This document shows positions 37,951 to 52,250 of a DNA stretch of 64,000 nt, piece after piece (position 1 is the first letter of the stretch; the number at the start of each line of letters is the position of its first letter). A program made the position numbers and the translations under genes. The notes under the pieces were generated by a model. It was given only the letters and a program-made list of their open reading frames with translations, was not told the DNA's origin and made no database searches. Source of the DNA: Octopus sinensis (Eukaryota); NCBI RefSeq assembly GCF_006345805.1, contig NC_043013.1, positions 30,814,001-30,878,000 of the forward strand. The letters are read 5' to 3'.

Positions 37951-40900
37951 ACTTATATAAATTAAAGCATCTGCAAAATTATAACAAAACACAGACGACT
38001 ATTTCGTGCACTACATGGCATACATAAAGCACATGAATATATATATATAAATACTGAGCATTTTCATAGCCTTAGAGCTAAATAGTTACTCTTGTGTTTT
38101 ACATCGTATAACGCCAACCGTCACACACTCATTTGTATGCTAATCTTTTAGTCGATCCTTTTTAGTTTCCCCTTCAAATTAGCCCAGACAGTTTTTGAAA
38201 GAATTTACTTCTTTGTCTCTGCAATCTTGTGTTATCTAATTCTGAGTGTTGAGCAATCATATATGAAGATTTCATTTATTTTTATTTAACAAGAGGTATT
38301 TTTTAGTAAGCTCTAAAACCATATCGAAACCCCTATTATTGGTTTACTAGATACATTAGATCGGATTCCGAAAGTTAGTTATTGTCTATATTTATGTGAC
38401 ATTGTTATACGAGCAAATATGCGTCATAAAGGATAGAAAGGTAAGGAAAATTATACACAATTCGCATACGTTTTTGGCTGGAATAAGTACGAAACACTGA
38501 AATTGTGTTTTTTTTTGTTTGTTCATATCCGTTTATACAATTGCTATTCTTAATAGTAAGATTTAAGAATAAATACTTACATTCCAGAATACTTACACTA
38601 AACTACCTAATTTCATCTAGCTGCAAAAAACTAAACCAGAATCAGTAGGATAAGCTATCCCACTGCTGGTATATATGACAGCTTTACTAAATAATCATGA
38701 CAGACATTGACAAAAATAACATGTTTTTGAAGTGGAGATTTCTTTTTTACATAAACGGAATGTTAATCATATAATAAATTTTACGTTTCTGTTAAATAAA
38801 CAGCGTGTAAAATGTATTAGGAACATAAAATTTAGGTATATAGCATTAGCCAATATTACTGCGACATCTGGAAAAAAATAATATCTCTAATTTCTACAAC
38901 AATGCCATGGTTGTGGATTTATGAAGGGGTCACTGTTGCTTTCTTCACATTCTCCCTTCCTTTTACCAATAACTCACTTGCTGACTAGCCAAGAACGTCT
39001 AATTTTTCGTTGGCGAGGCTACGCTTACTTACATCTTTCAACATTGCGAAATATGCCACATCGCCTTGCAGACAAGTTTCGCTTAACCTGTAATTATATC
39101 GTAAGTAGTATGCGATCATACTCTCGCCAAACATCAAAATGCACGACATTACTCAAATCAAGACAGTATCAAAGCATCGCTCGCCCTCCATGATTACCTC
39201 ACAGTCAAAATCTCCATAATTGCTTAAAATTCTTTAAATAAGTTGGACCGCATACTAATGACTTGTTCTTCTGTATTTCCCGGTGACGTCGGAACCATTG
39301 ATAACTATTGACACTGTGGAAAAAAACTGATAAGGCTAATAATGAAGTAATACTTTCACATCTGAAACGGCGCTACTGCTATGCGCACATATCTGCTTAA
39401 CCGTATACAATGGAAGGTGCGATTCGACTGATATCCATAACATCACTGACACTCGGCAGCCACATAAACCACAGGTACATTGCCATATAGCCACAATTTT
39501 CCCAGTGTTATTGTAATTGCCCATGACAATGTTGTTTCTAGCACTCATTCATCAAACTAATAACTATACCTTCCCACCTTCACAGAATATTTCCCTCTAG
39601 AATAAACGCATGTTCTTGTCTATTTTCGCTGATGCTGATTAGCATGCTTCGAGAAAAATACTAATGATATAAAATCTCATAGATCTACGAGGTCCTTTAA
39701 GTCATGAGTGCTTACATATTCTTCCTGCAGACAAAGCACGTAAAAATTAAATTCACAATTTATCATGATGTCCGTCATAGCTTCCTATGCTTATAAACAC
39801 TGATATGTTAAACTGTTCTGGTCTCCTAGTTTCAGGAATATTTCGTAAAATATATATAGTATAGTACTTAGATGAACTAACGTTTGTTTCACAATATGGC
39901 AATTCAAAAATACTATGGAATATTCAGATATATTTATACTACGAATTGCAATATCTTTTAATATATCAATGATTATATACTTGGTAACCGATTCCAAATA
40001 ATGCATTAACAAACTTTATAACAATACTAATTGATTATAATGCTATAGGCAAGCAACTGCAAAGTGAAAGGATTGCTCTAAATTTATTCATTTTTGTGTT
40101 TTATAATGGGAATTATTGACGCGCTAATTACCAAAACACGAATTATAAATTACTAATAAAGTAAGGCAACATACAATCACCGGAACCCATTTGGTTTTTT
40201 TTTATTTCATATACATTGCAGTCTTAGTAACATATATGCATTTATATGAAAGGAACATCTATAATAAAGGAATGATGATTGAGAAAGAGTAGCCAAAACA
40301 CCTTCAAGTTTTATCCTATCATGGAAAAAGAATAAACGCTTTAGAAAGTGTTTTCACAGACAGATACATACCCACACGCACGCAATCACACAAACATGCA
40401 AACAGACATACACACACAAACACACACAAGAATATATATGCATAAATAAATAATGACTAGTAATGACAAGTGCTGGCGTATTTGTGATTATAAGTCACCC
40501 GATGAATAATTACTAGAAGCAAAACAAGTATTACCCAAGCCAGAAACCTGCAACACACACTAATCTTAACGCAATGCATTATGCTAACGGAGGACTGATG
40601 CGTAGGTAACGGTAAGAGCTGAAAGATATTTGACCGGAGACCTGGAGCTATACGAAAGCTGACTATTGGGATAAACAACAACATGCGCAAAGCAACGGTT
40701 GTTGATTGCATTCTTAAAACGCAAACAGTATTAAGCGGATCACAGGCAGGGAAGCAGAGAATTATTTGTATAAAATAAATAAATGTTAGCATTGTCAGAT
40801 AATATTTGAAATCCATGTACAACATTTTATTTGCTGATACAAGAGACATGTGGAGTCTATGATATATATATATATATATATATTAGTAGCAATAAATTGC

Positions 40901-42109
40901 AAAGATAGTTGAATAGAAAAGAAAAAAGAGGAAATATTTAGCGATCTACTAGATAATATACACTGCATCATAAGATATTGATTGCCCAAGTTAGAAATCG
41001 AGGCTGTAAAATTTGCTGCGAACATATATTTGATTCTGTATAACGAGTGTTTGTAAGGAAATTCGATTTTGTAACGTAAAAGTAGTAATAAACGTGAGTT
41101 AAAATACTGTTCTTCATATTCGCGGAATTCTCATTGGAAACGAAAATACAGGGTTAAAAAGCAATCCATTGTTGCAGAAGTTATGAGGTACAAATAAAGT
41201 GTGGACGATAGGAACGTTACGTTAAAATATAAGAATAGACTTTGCGTTGAGATGCACGTAATCATAATTCTGATGCGATTAGATATCTCTCAAAGATAAA
41301 TATAACAATACTCCCATCTAGTGCTTCAAAACGGAAGAGTTTTATTCAAAATAGTTATTTATTATAATGTGCAATAAAAATCGTTAAAAGAATTATTGCT
41401 CCTGCATTGCAGTTATAAAAAAGTATTGAGCTATAAATCATATCGATGATAGTGACTAGTACATCGGTATGTATGCTAAGTATGTATAACTGAAATGATG
41501 ACCCAGCACATTGTAAATATTGCAATGCTTACATAATATCATCGTCCTCAAATAATAGAAAAACTAAAACTGGGGTAAAAATTAAAAATAAATCCTATGG
41601 AAGTAAGTATAAAACTTTCTGCATGACGATTACACTCTGAAAATTGGTGTACATAAATGTCCTACAAAATAAACATTTACATATAAATTTGAAAATGTTT
41701 AACAATACATCACACTAAAACTAATAAATTATTAAAAGAAAAAGTGAAAACCTGAAACACTATCTCATATAAAGTATTACATTATGTAATTTGAAATGTC
41801 ATCTGTGTTGTTACAGAAACCCCAACACATTTCCTGTCGATGTTTTCGTCAAACATTGTGTTATCCTTTGACATACTTAATAGCTAAATAACTCTAAATA
41901 ATCCTTCCGATTAGGATTATGATTAATAATGGTATCAAGTGCGCGGTAAGGCAATTTCTGATCATTTCGAAAGTGTTACTTACGGCAATATTTTTCATAC
42001 GATGCCTAATAAACATGATTCAAAATAAGAAAAAAAATAAAGCATTCCAGTGAGTTAAAAAATTACGATACTTAAGGAATATACCTGTTAAATCATGTGA
42101 TCACCCATA

Positions 42110-43330
42110 ACGATACCCTCTTAGCCCTCCAGCTCTTCCTTACCGTAACCGCGACACCACACCCAGCACTTCCACGCTTCTCTGCCTAGCAGAACTTGTC
42201 CTCAATCTCAACTGCTTTGAGATCGCAGGAAAGATTTACAAGCTATGTGTCTGACTCCGCTATGGGAACGAGAATGGGCCCCAATTTTGCCAACTTGTTT
42301 GTTGGTTACGTTGAGGCCCAAATCTTCTTGCAGTTCTCCGGACCGACTCCAGAGTTATACCGTCGCTATATAGACGACCTCCCTCTCCCGCGAACAGCTT
42401 TCCATTTTCATCTCTTTCGTTTCTAACTTCCACCCTTCTCTCGAATTCACCTCTACCACCTCTGATACCTCTGTAAACCTCCTCGATATATCTCTATCGA
42501 TTGATCCCCTCACCGACTCTCTCACCACCTCCGCCTTTAAATCCATGTACTACTACCTCTAGCTCAACGTTTCCTCCTCCCCTTCCTTCCATACCAAACA
42601 AGCCATCTTCTACTCCCAGTTCCTCAGCTTGCGACGCTTGTGCAGCAAGGAACAGGATTTCGAGACTCAGTCCCAATACCTGGCCCTCTTGTTCATGCAT
42701 CGCGCATACCCATCCACTCTTGTCCAAACTGCCCTTACCCGCGCTCGTGGAATCTATCGCAATACCACCTCTCTCCTTCCCCTCACCGCATCCCCTTTCA
42801 CCTCCTTTTCCACACCTCTACACTACCCTTTCGTCGGAAGATCCTGCATGTCTTCCGTCATCTCCCTATTTCCCCAGTCCACCCTTGCCCTTCTTCAAAC
42901 GCGCCTGTAACCAACGCAATCTCTTGGTCCGTTGCTCCCTCACCTCCTCCATTCCCATCCAACCCGGATCTTTCCCTTGCTCCAGGTCCCCTTGCCAACA
43001 CTTGTCCTTTCATCACCAACACCACCTTCCTCACTGGATTCAACCAGTACATCATCTACATTATGAACTCCTTCGCCTGCACTTCTTCAAGCTTATTTAC
43101 TGTATCAGGTGTAATCTTTGCAATGAACTTTACGTCGGTTAGACGAGCATTCTGTTAGACGAGGTGTCGGCTAGCGGACCGATTTACCGAAAACCCACGA
43201 AACGTTCCTCTATGTAAGAACACCCCCCGTCTCCCACTTTATTGCATGGCCAACCACTACACGTCAGACATCCCCATATTCAGCCTTGCCCTACACCATG
43301 GAACAGCATTACATTTTCAGCCTACGTACT
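42110..43330 (+). mobile_element. Degenerate Penelope-like element (RT C-half plus GIY-YIG endonuclease)
   Basis: Frameshifted frames give PSTSTLLCLAELVLNLNCF, AMGTRMGPNFANLFVGYVE..YRRYIDD, NFHPSLEFT..LLDI, YSQFLSLRRLCS, FKRACNQRNLLV, TCPFI and IYCIRCNLCNELYVG. Confidence 0.85.
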
Positions 43331-44254
43331 CAAACTCCTTGCGACTCATCACAACCCCTTCCTTTCAGTGACTTTTCCCACACACCGTTTTACAAAACAT
43401 TTTTTATTTTATTTCAATTAAATTTTGTTTGTTTATTTTATTTTTTTTTTGCTTATTTCCGCTACTGATTTAGTTATATCAACTTCTTTCGATTTTGTTA
43501 TTTCTAATTCTTATTTTCTTATTATTTATTTTGTATTATTTTTATTTTTTAAAATTGCTTTTTCTCAAGCTTTTAGTTTCTAACTCGTATTTTTAATTAA
43601 TTTTTTTCACATACTCACACACTCATACACACCTTCATACGCATGCACTCCTAGTCATGCATACACACACCTACATACACACTCATACATATACACATAC
43701 ATGGCCACAACCACACCAACATACAGGCACATATACGTGCACACCCACATACACACTCCACACATTCATTCGCATATATACATATACAAACTGACACATG
43801 AACACATCCATACTCAGACCCACTAATACAAACATTAATAACGATGCCAACGTATACACAGACTTGTCATCCACCCCTTATACCCTACCACGACGCACCT
43901 ACAGACAGATTTCACCTCACACATACAATCCTCCACACACACACGTACACGCAGATATATATATAGACAGAGAGAGAGAACGAGATTGAGACAGACGGAC
44001 AGACAGAGTGACACACAGGGAAAAATACACGCACGCAACCAAACACATGACCACAAACACAAATACAAAAACACACACGAACACACGCTACCACACACAC
44101 ACCACACGCATACTCACATACCGACCATCTTCACACTGTCCTGTTCCAAAAACGATTTACTTTTTCTCCCTCCACATTCTGTCCCTTTAGCTATGCACCC
44201 GCACGTGGACTGCTGACGATGTTCCCTTAGTTTTCCTTCTTTCTCTTTGGTCAG

Positions 44255-44295
44255 TCCTGTTTCCGACGAAGAGCTATGCTCGAATCATTAACAAC
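44255..44295 (+). ncRNA. Decayed minimal hammerhead motif, probably a Penelope pLTR end
   Basis: TGTT-T-CCGACGA-A-GAGC tat GCTC-GAAT-C-ATT-AACA retains stems I and II. The core CUGANGA/GAAA is changed to CCGACGA/GAAT. Confidence 0.5.
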
Positions 44296-44403
44296 ACCCC
44301 TCCTTTCACTTAGTGTCAGATTAGTATATTTCTTTGCACGCCCACAAGTTAGTTTATTCTTTTATTGTCTGTTTCATTGTTTGAATTGACTATATATGTA
44401 TAA

Positions 44404-44476
<73 letters not shown>

Positions 44477-44477
<1 letters not shown>

Positions 44478-44986
44478 TAGCAGTATCGCCGGCGTTGCTC
44501 GGGTTTGTAAGGGAAATAACTATATAAGCATTTTTAGAGAGTTACCTCCCTTATAGATGCCAATTCGGGCTTAGCCATTTCTGTTTTGGTGTCTTCAAGC
44601 CATGAAGTCGTTGTTCTAAAAGAACGCTGGTCTCCTTGACAACGCATTACGACGTTGATTTCCTTACACTCCCTTCCCCACAGCTTCACGAGGGAGGGAA
44701 GAAGGGGGAGAAGCAAACAGGTGCAGGCGTGACCATGGACGTCAACTCTGCCGCCATCGACACACGAAAAATTATGCATTAAAATGGAATAAAAAATGAT
44801 GTTAAATTATTTTAAAAATCGTAGACTCAGCGTAGACGCGCGCTAATACTCAGATGGGCTCGATATGAATCACGACTATAAGACACCCGAATTTGGTTAA
44901 ACTGCACCGCAAAATGTGGGAGTAGTTAGGAATCTAAATCGAAGGGGACAGACACTCACGCAACTACATTTTTATATATATATAGA
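44477..44986 (-). mobile_element. Non-autonomous Helitron (510 bp) in a (TA)n tract
   Basis: Reverse complement of 23659-24169, with TC start at 44986 and CTAG end at 44477. Confidence 0.88.
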
Positions 44987-45104
44987 TATAAAGTTAATCC
45001 AAACATGTAACAAAGAGGAAACAACACAACGCGAGGACGAGGAACAAATATAGTATTATATATATATATGTATATATGCATATATATGTATATATATATA
45101 TATA

Positions 45105-45135
<31 letters not shown>

Positions 45136-45299
45136 TATATACATATATACATATACATATATACATATACATATATATATACATATATACATACATATAT
45201 ATATATATATATATACTATATATATTATATATATAATATGTATATATACATATATATTATCTATACATATATATATATATATATTACATATATAGTCCT

Positions 45300-45545
45300 A
45301 TACATGGTATAGTCCTTAAGAAATTTGGCATTCTCCGCGATCCACATTTTGCAACGGCCACTCCCATTAATATATGGGCCTGGATGATCTATTATTTTCT
45401 ACCTGATATCACATGGGATCCCTTGATCTTTAAGGTACTAAACATGGTGGGCCAGGGACATGAAAAAAACATCTTTGTAGTAATTCTATGAATAATTTTG
45501 CTGTCCTTGAATAGTTTGAAAAATTTTCCAAGATAATCCTATGAA
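45300..45545 (-). mobile_element. Penelope GIY-YIG endonuclease C-terminal relic
   Basis: The minus strand gives LAHHV*YLKDQGIPCDIR*KIIDHPGPYINGSGRCKMW, matching the LSKxIWxLK..IxWxI..Y..GxxRCxLC pattern of Penelope endonucleases. Confidence 0.6.
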
Positions 45546-46202
45546 TTATTAAAGTAAGAATAGAAGTTATTTATGTAATTCCGAAATAAATGCTAAACAC
45601 AAACGACAGTAAAAATTGTCACAAATACGCATGTATTCACGTAGGGGAATTGTAACAGATACGCATGCAAGCACGTAGGGGAATGAATATGGAAATATAA
45701 TTATTACGTATGATGTATAGTAAAGTGAAACACGCGAGCGATGAATATACTATTGTACATTATTAATGGATTATTATGAGTGGTGAATGAATTTTGTCAT
45801 GGATTGTTGAATAGTAAATTTTGAGGAGAACCTGGTGCAGTGTTGTATAATATTTATATATCTTTGACATTTACACCAAAATCCCACTGTGCTGACTCGC
45901 ATTTCATTCTCACATAATTTCATGAGATAAAAGCGAGTTGCTCACTTGGATGGAGCTTATCGCACTCGTAGAAACCAAACACTATGCAAACTTATGCAAT
46001 AATTTTACGAGCAAATTATTATTTCAGATGATGTTAATTGAGATAATAATGGTAACACCAAGAGCAGTATTCGATATGAGATGCATGTTGATGATGATGA
46101 TGATGAGGAGGAGGAGGTGAATAAGGAGGAGAAAGAAGAAGAGAAGGAGGAGGAGGCAAAGAAGAATGGAGCGGGACTATTGATAACAACGTGAATGATG
46201 AT

Positions 46203-46249
<47 letters not shown>

Positions 46250-46403
46250 TATATAAAATATTACATTATATAAAAGGGCTTAGTAAAATATAATGTAATA
46301 TTTTGAATTCGCCTTAAATGGTCCCTTTACATACTGAATACTTGGTGAAATTGATTAATAATTAATTAATTTTACCCTCAATTGTTGAAAATATATATAT
46401 ATT

Positions 46404-46462
<59 letters not shown>

Positions 46463-47110
46463 CATATATACATGCAGACACATATATAAACCAAACTATA
46501 AACCCAAGGACTGAATAAGTAATGAACATATATACAAGTACAAATGCATATTGATGTTCGTATCGATGTACCTACTTGATGCGTATGCGTGCGTGTGCGT
46601 GTATGTATGTGTGTGTGTATGTGTATATTATATATGTGCTTGGAGGTATGCACGTCGGTGCATACACGCACAAACATGTATAAACTTGGATATAAAGTTT
46701 GTAAAGTTTGTTTCATTTTCACTTTATTTTGTTCCATTTCTATTTTTATTTTCCTTTACGCTCACTTTCTCTTATTCATTATACTAATTTGCCCATATAT
46801 TATTTAAACCATCATTTATGTTAATATTACTATTATTGAATTGAAATAAAAGGAATAATTTTACGAATACGTACAAACATATAAGCACACACATAGTAAA
46901 CATGCTTCTATATTCTGTATATTTTGAAAGTATCCGAATGTAATCCTTATTGTTCTCTGAAAACCCTGACAATTTTTCTTATAAGGTATTTAAAAAGCAA
47001 AAGTATATTTTTACGTATGTTTTATAATTTTAATCTTATTTGAGAAAAGAAATAATTGTTGGCAAATATGTTGATTAATAACTAAAGTAATTTGTACCCA
47101 TTAGAACTCT

Positions 47111-47210
47111 NNNNNNNNNNNNNNNNNNNNNNNNNNNNNNNNNNNNNNNNNNNNNNNNNNNNNNNNNNNNNNNNNNNNNNNNNNNNNNNNNNNNNNNNNN
47201 NNNNNNNNNN
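47111..47210. other. Assembly gap (100 N)
   Basis: Directly visible. Confidence 1.
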
Positions 47211-47352
47211 CAAAGTTGCGGCCTTGTGCCAAACTTTTGAAACATATATATGTATATATATATATATTGATTCATGCATGCATACAAACATGCGAGCATA
47301 TATATGTGTATATATAGAAATAAATATATATGTACATTTACATAAATGAAAG

Positions 47353-47383
<31 letters not shown>

Positions 47384-47415
47384 TGCGAATGCTTGTGCAT
47401 GTGTGTGTTTGTGTA

Positions 47416-47461
<46 letters not shown>

Positions 47462-47699
47462 TAAGCATGTATTCGTGCTTGGACGCTTGTATGTAATGTC
47501 ACGCTTATTCTGTTCGGAAATTGAAGGTACATAAAGTTGAGTTAATGAAATGGTCAAAGATTCTTATATTATTTCAAATGTAGGTTATACAGCTCTTTGC
47601 AGGACCGAAACCCTAAAACCCTAGAGATGGAGATATGATATAGAAAATCCAGATGTATGGTTATCTTTGAATTGCTGGCAAAGTTTTGCACACACACCC

Positions 47700-48030
47700 A
47701 GTTAGTTAATTAGTTAGCGGCTTGCTTGGTTACTTAGGTCTCTCAGTACCATGAATCACATAAGGCCTGCAACATGATCTCTCTAACCAGCTCTGTGTTC
47801 TGCAATTGTTCTGGTATCATTCCAGTTTTTTTTCCTATCATTTTTATCTCCTTTCCTTGTCAATGAGGCTTCGCCATGTGTTTTTAGGGAACTCTACTCC
47901 TCTTTACCCGTCAGGCCACCACGTCGCTTCAATCATACAATCTCTTTCCCGATCCTGTCCGACAAGTCCCAGTGTGCACATCTAACTTCGTTAATGATCT
48001 TCATGATGCCAGTTGTCGGAGGATATAAAA
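47700..48030 (-). mobile_element. Degenerate 3' end of an RTE-like LINE
   Basis: Minus-strand frames give IMKIINEVRCAHWD and WNDTRTIAEHRAG*RDHVAGL..HGTERPK*, followed by a (TAAC)-like tail. Confidence 0.55.
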
Positions 48031-50643
48031 ACTGAATATCCAAAGTCTAAAAAGAATTTACAAAATAAAGGCATGAAGAAACAAATGTATAGTCCTCAAA
48101 ACGAAACTGAATCAGTTAAAGACATTGATCTACACATGTGAAAACTAAACAGTGACAAAAATGGAAAGAAAATACAACGGAAAACTTCCTGTACAAGTGC
48201 TTAAAGAGACTACACGGCATCCAGAGGCTGCAAAGACTCCGAAATGACATTGAGACATAGCTACACCAGGAAAATACCGGAGTATTAATTCTAAATTTTA
48301 CACTATCTGAATTCTAAATGATATTTCGCAACTTGAAATCTTCAATATTGCGTGTGTTTATTGTTTTTATATATTCAATCGCGGAATCTTTCTAATTAAA
48401 GTAATCATATTATTTGAAGTAGTCACATTTTTCGTTCTAATGCCTCCACACATTGCTTGGTCAATCCAACCATGTCAAGTAGTGGTAAGAAAATGTTATT
48501 TGTGAATCTATAAATAGATATTTGATGTTTTTCTTCCATCGGCAATGATATCACTTGTTTCCCTTGAAAATCATGCTGCTTGTTTTATATATTATTTGCA
48601 TTGCCATTCTATCCGGCAAGCAAATCAAACAATTTGTACTTATTAAAATGTGTTCCCCACCCAACAAAAAAGAACTAAGCCCACTTTTTTAATTTATTGG
48701 GGATAAACCAATTATTCACGCAATAGAGGCCTTCCAACACAGAGAATGATCATTCCAGGCACCTTAATAAACGGAAAGTCAACAAGACTGAAGTAAATGA
48801 AAAATTGACACAGCATGCAGGCTAATCCCGTATTCATATCAGTCAATTCTCCACCACCTATTGTACAAAATTCGGTGCAAGAGGATCTCGCTTGAAAAGT
48901 CTGAGAATAAGATTATAATAAAATTAAATAGCATTATACATTTTGTTTTCTTCTTAATCATCACAATGATTATAGTTATGAATTACCATAATTATTCCTG
49001 AATACAGAGTAAATTGGACATAACTGATTTGAACGCGATTTATGAATTTATTCAATTTAATTTTGTCAGTCTATTGATGCAGGCGAGACAATTCTTTGTT
49101 GTTTCAATTCAAAGATTACATTGAAATCCTAATCAAGGCACTATTGTTTAGCTTTTGGCAACAATTTCTTGGATTTCTAAAAATATTTTGATATAAAGCA
49201 GTTCTGATAAAAGCCTTCCCATTCTATATTCCACATGCTCACAAATCACCTGTTGGTGACATTCGTACTAAATACAGTATATATGCACCATAATACGCTC
49301 TCACGCACTTAGGGGGATCTACACACGCACAGTCATATACGCTATGTATATGGAGAAAAGACATTTATTGTCACGCAGGAAAGTATGTAGGAGAGTTCGT
49401 TTTTAAAAGAAATTTTAATCACTTCTAAATATCTAATACAACACACAAGAATTAGAAAACTTAAATTTTATATTAAAAATGATTATAAAAACAGAAATAT
49501 ATATAAAAATAAAGGTGAAGATACGAGCCTCCTCCGGAATTCAAAAGCCTAACTTCAAACTACAGTACAATTACACTTTGCACTTTCGCAACACTAGTTA
49601 AAGATAAAGCCTAGGTTTAACTAATTAGATTTAAAACTGGTCAAATTCTGACCCTCAGAAAAGAATTACTAAATACTCAGCTAATCGAGACAAATGACTT
49701 CATAATGGAATCCAGCAACTGGAACAACAGCAAGTCATGTAGACCTTTGCAGAAGAAATGGGGTTGGCAGAAAATAAAAAAGAATAGTCAGATCAGTGAA
49801 TTTTGGCAGGTCGAAAACAAGTGGCAAAAGCCGCCGATAAGCAAATGATGGAACAGGGAAGTCAAACAACCACTACGCTTGACATTAGCCAAAGAAAATA
49901 CGTGACCAAAGCGACCGAAAACAAGGGACAATTTAATGTAGCCATTCAACCAAAATACAAGTCCACAGGCGGACGAAACTCAGCGACGACATCAAGTTTA
50001 TGACCAGTCAAAAGTAGAACCTATATTTTAAGAACTTATATACACAAAGAGATTTAAACCTGAAACAGTTCAAACTTTCACTATCAAAACTGACTACTGA
50101 AGGCTTCATTTTGAGATTTGATAATGTATCTTCCTCGGCTACCTCCATTTCTTGGGAAATAGAGATTTGTCATGTTATATTTGAGTGTTATAAATTATAA
50201 GTACTTACCTAGTTCTATTCAATTCTTGCTTTCAGTTTTTGTCCAATTTAAGACCGTACTAGTTAATTTCAACACTGGCGTGACCCTCAGGTGCGTTGTT
50301 TTTATAATATTACCATTTTTTAGTTTTCACTGCAGTATCTTCTAAACCAATCGCCATCAGTCGCTGTCAATATCGTTCTTCAGGGTCTGCATAAGAATTT
50401 GTTCTCAAAATTTGTTTGCAAAAATTGCTAATAATTCTACAATACAGTTTGATTTGTACAAATCCTAATGATTTGTACAAATCCTAATCATAAAAATACA
50501 GTAAGAAAGGCAATGACGGAAAATAGGGATCAAAGAGGTTCATAAGTAAAAAATGGTTGCGAGCCACTGTTCTAAGCCCTTCTCATTTACTTTTTGAATA
50601 CTTCTTCATTTTCATTTCCATTACATTATCAGACTGCATATAA

Positions 50644-51245
50644 AAGCGGCGAGCTGGCAGAAACGTTAGCACACCGGACGAAATGCTTAGTGTTATTTTG
50701 TCTGCCGCTACGTTCTGAGTTCAAATTCCACCGAAGTTGACTTTGCTTTCCATCCTTTCGGGGTCGATTAAATTAATACCACTTACGCATTGGGGTCGAT
50801 ATAATTGACTTAATCCGTTTGTCTGTCCTTGTTTGTCCTCTCTGTGTTTAGCCCCTCGTAGTTAGTAAAGAAATAGGTATTTCGTCTGTCGTTACATTCT
50901 GAGTTCAAATTCCTCCGAGGTCGACTTTGCCTTTCATCCTTTCGGGGTCGATAAATTAAGTACCATTTATGCTCTGGGGTCGATGTAATCGGCTTAATCC
51001 TTTTGTCTTTTCTTGTTTGTCCCCTCTATGTTTAGCCACTTGCGGGCAATAAAGAAATAAGAAATGTAAGCACGCCGGACGAAATGTTTAGCGGTATTTT
51101 GTCTGTCATTACGTTCTGAGTTCAAATTCTGCTGAGGTCAACTTTGCCTCTCATCCTTTCGGGATCGATAAATTAAGTACCAGTTGCGTACTGGGGTCGA
51201 TGTAATCGACTGGCCCCCGCCCCCAAAATTTTGTGCCTAGAATAA
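50644..51245 (+). mobile_element. Head-to-tail trimer of family-1 SINE
   Basis: TTCTGAGTTCAAATT..GAGGTC.ACTTTGC.TTTCATCCTTTCGGGGTCGAT..GGGGTCGAT occurs three times (~50645-50875, 50878-51060, 51060-51245). Confidence 0.88.
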
Positions 51246-51420
51246 AAATAATTATCACACTATTATTTAGTGATCTGATGATATCACCGTAATTTATTTA
51301 ACATTTTACCCTGCTTTCACCCTTATTCTTCCTCAAAGTATATCTGCTCTATATTTTAACTATTTGTGAAAAAAAAAGAACTAAATCTGTTATTGCTTTT
51401 CTTTTGGCGTGTAAATTTTT

Positions 51421-52204
51421 TGCAACTTACCTAATCTTTGACATTTTATTGTTATTTGAATTTGAATTTTTCTATTATATGTAATTTTCTAAATGGTGTA
51501 ATTTAATTCTTCATTATGAAGAATTAGGTGGGTTTTTTTCTAATTTATATTTATATAGACATGATGTATTCTCGTACTCTTCTTATCAATCTCATAAGCT
51601 GATCAAGTTTTTTTCTGAGCGAGCATTTTTAAAACGATCGACGCAAGCGAAGATACAGCCGAGGCAGTATTACCTAACGGATTTTCACGCTATCTAATCA
51701 TTCATTTCCGCTTTTTATTTTTAATTCCGAGGATTTCACCACTAGCTCTAAAGTTATAGCAGAAATAAAAATAAGAAAATCGGTTAATGTTCCCATGAAA
51801 GCCAATACTGCGATATATTATCAAATGCTTTCTTGCAGTCTTTCCAAATATAGCTACCGTCACCTTTACATTCCTTCTATTCGTTTTGTTTTTTCTTCTT
51901 CTTCCTACTACTACTACTACTACAACTACAACTACTACTACTGATACTGCTGCTATTACTACTGCTGCTGCAGCTGCTACTGCTACTACTACTACTACTA
52001 CTACTATTACTACTATTACTACTGCTACTATTACTACTACTACTGCTGCTGCAACTATAACTACGACTAACATTACTACTGCTTTTGTTATTGTTGTTAT
52101 TATTATCATTATTACTATTATCATCATTATTCACATTAGGGGCTTTGTCATCTTAAGACAGAATGATTTACGTTTTCGACATCCGTATATTTATGCGTGT
52201 ACAA

Positions 52205-52250
<46 letters not shown>

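Noticed and set aside
47075-47557. ORFs of 85-160 aa spanning 47.1-47.5 kb
   Set aside because: They are artefacts of reading through the 100-N gap and TG/TA repeats.
50325-50575. hAT-type MITE (end GGTTGCGAGCCACTG), containing a duplicated palindrome GATTTGTACAAATC
   Set aside because: The matching left terminus is too degenerate and no TSD is seen.
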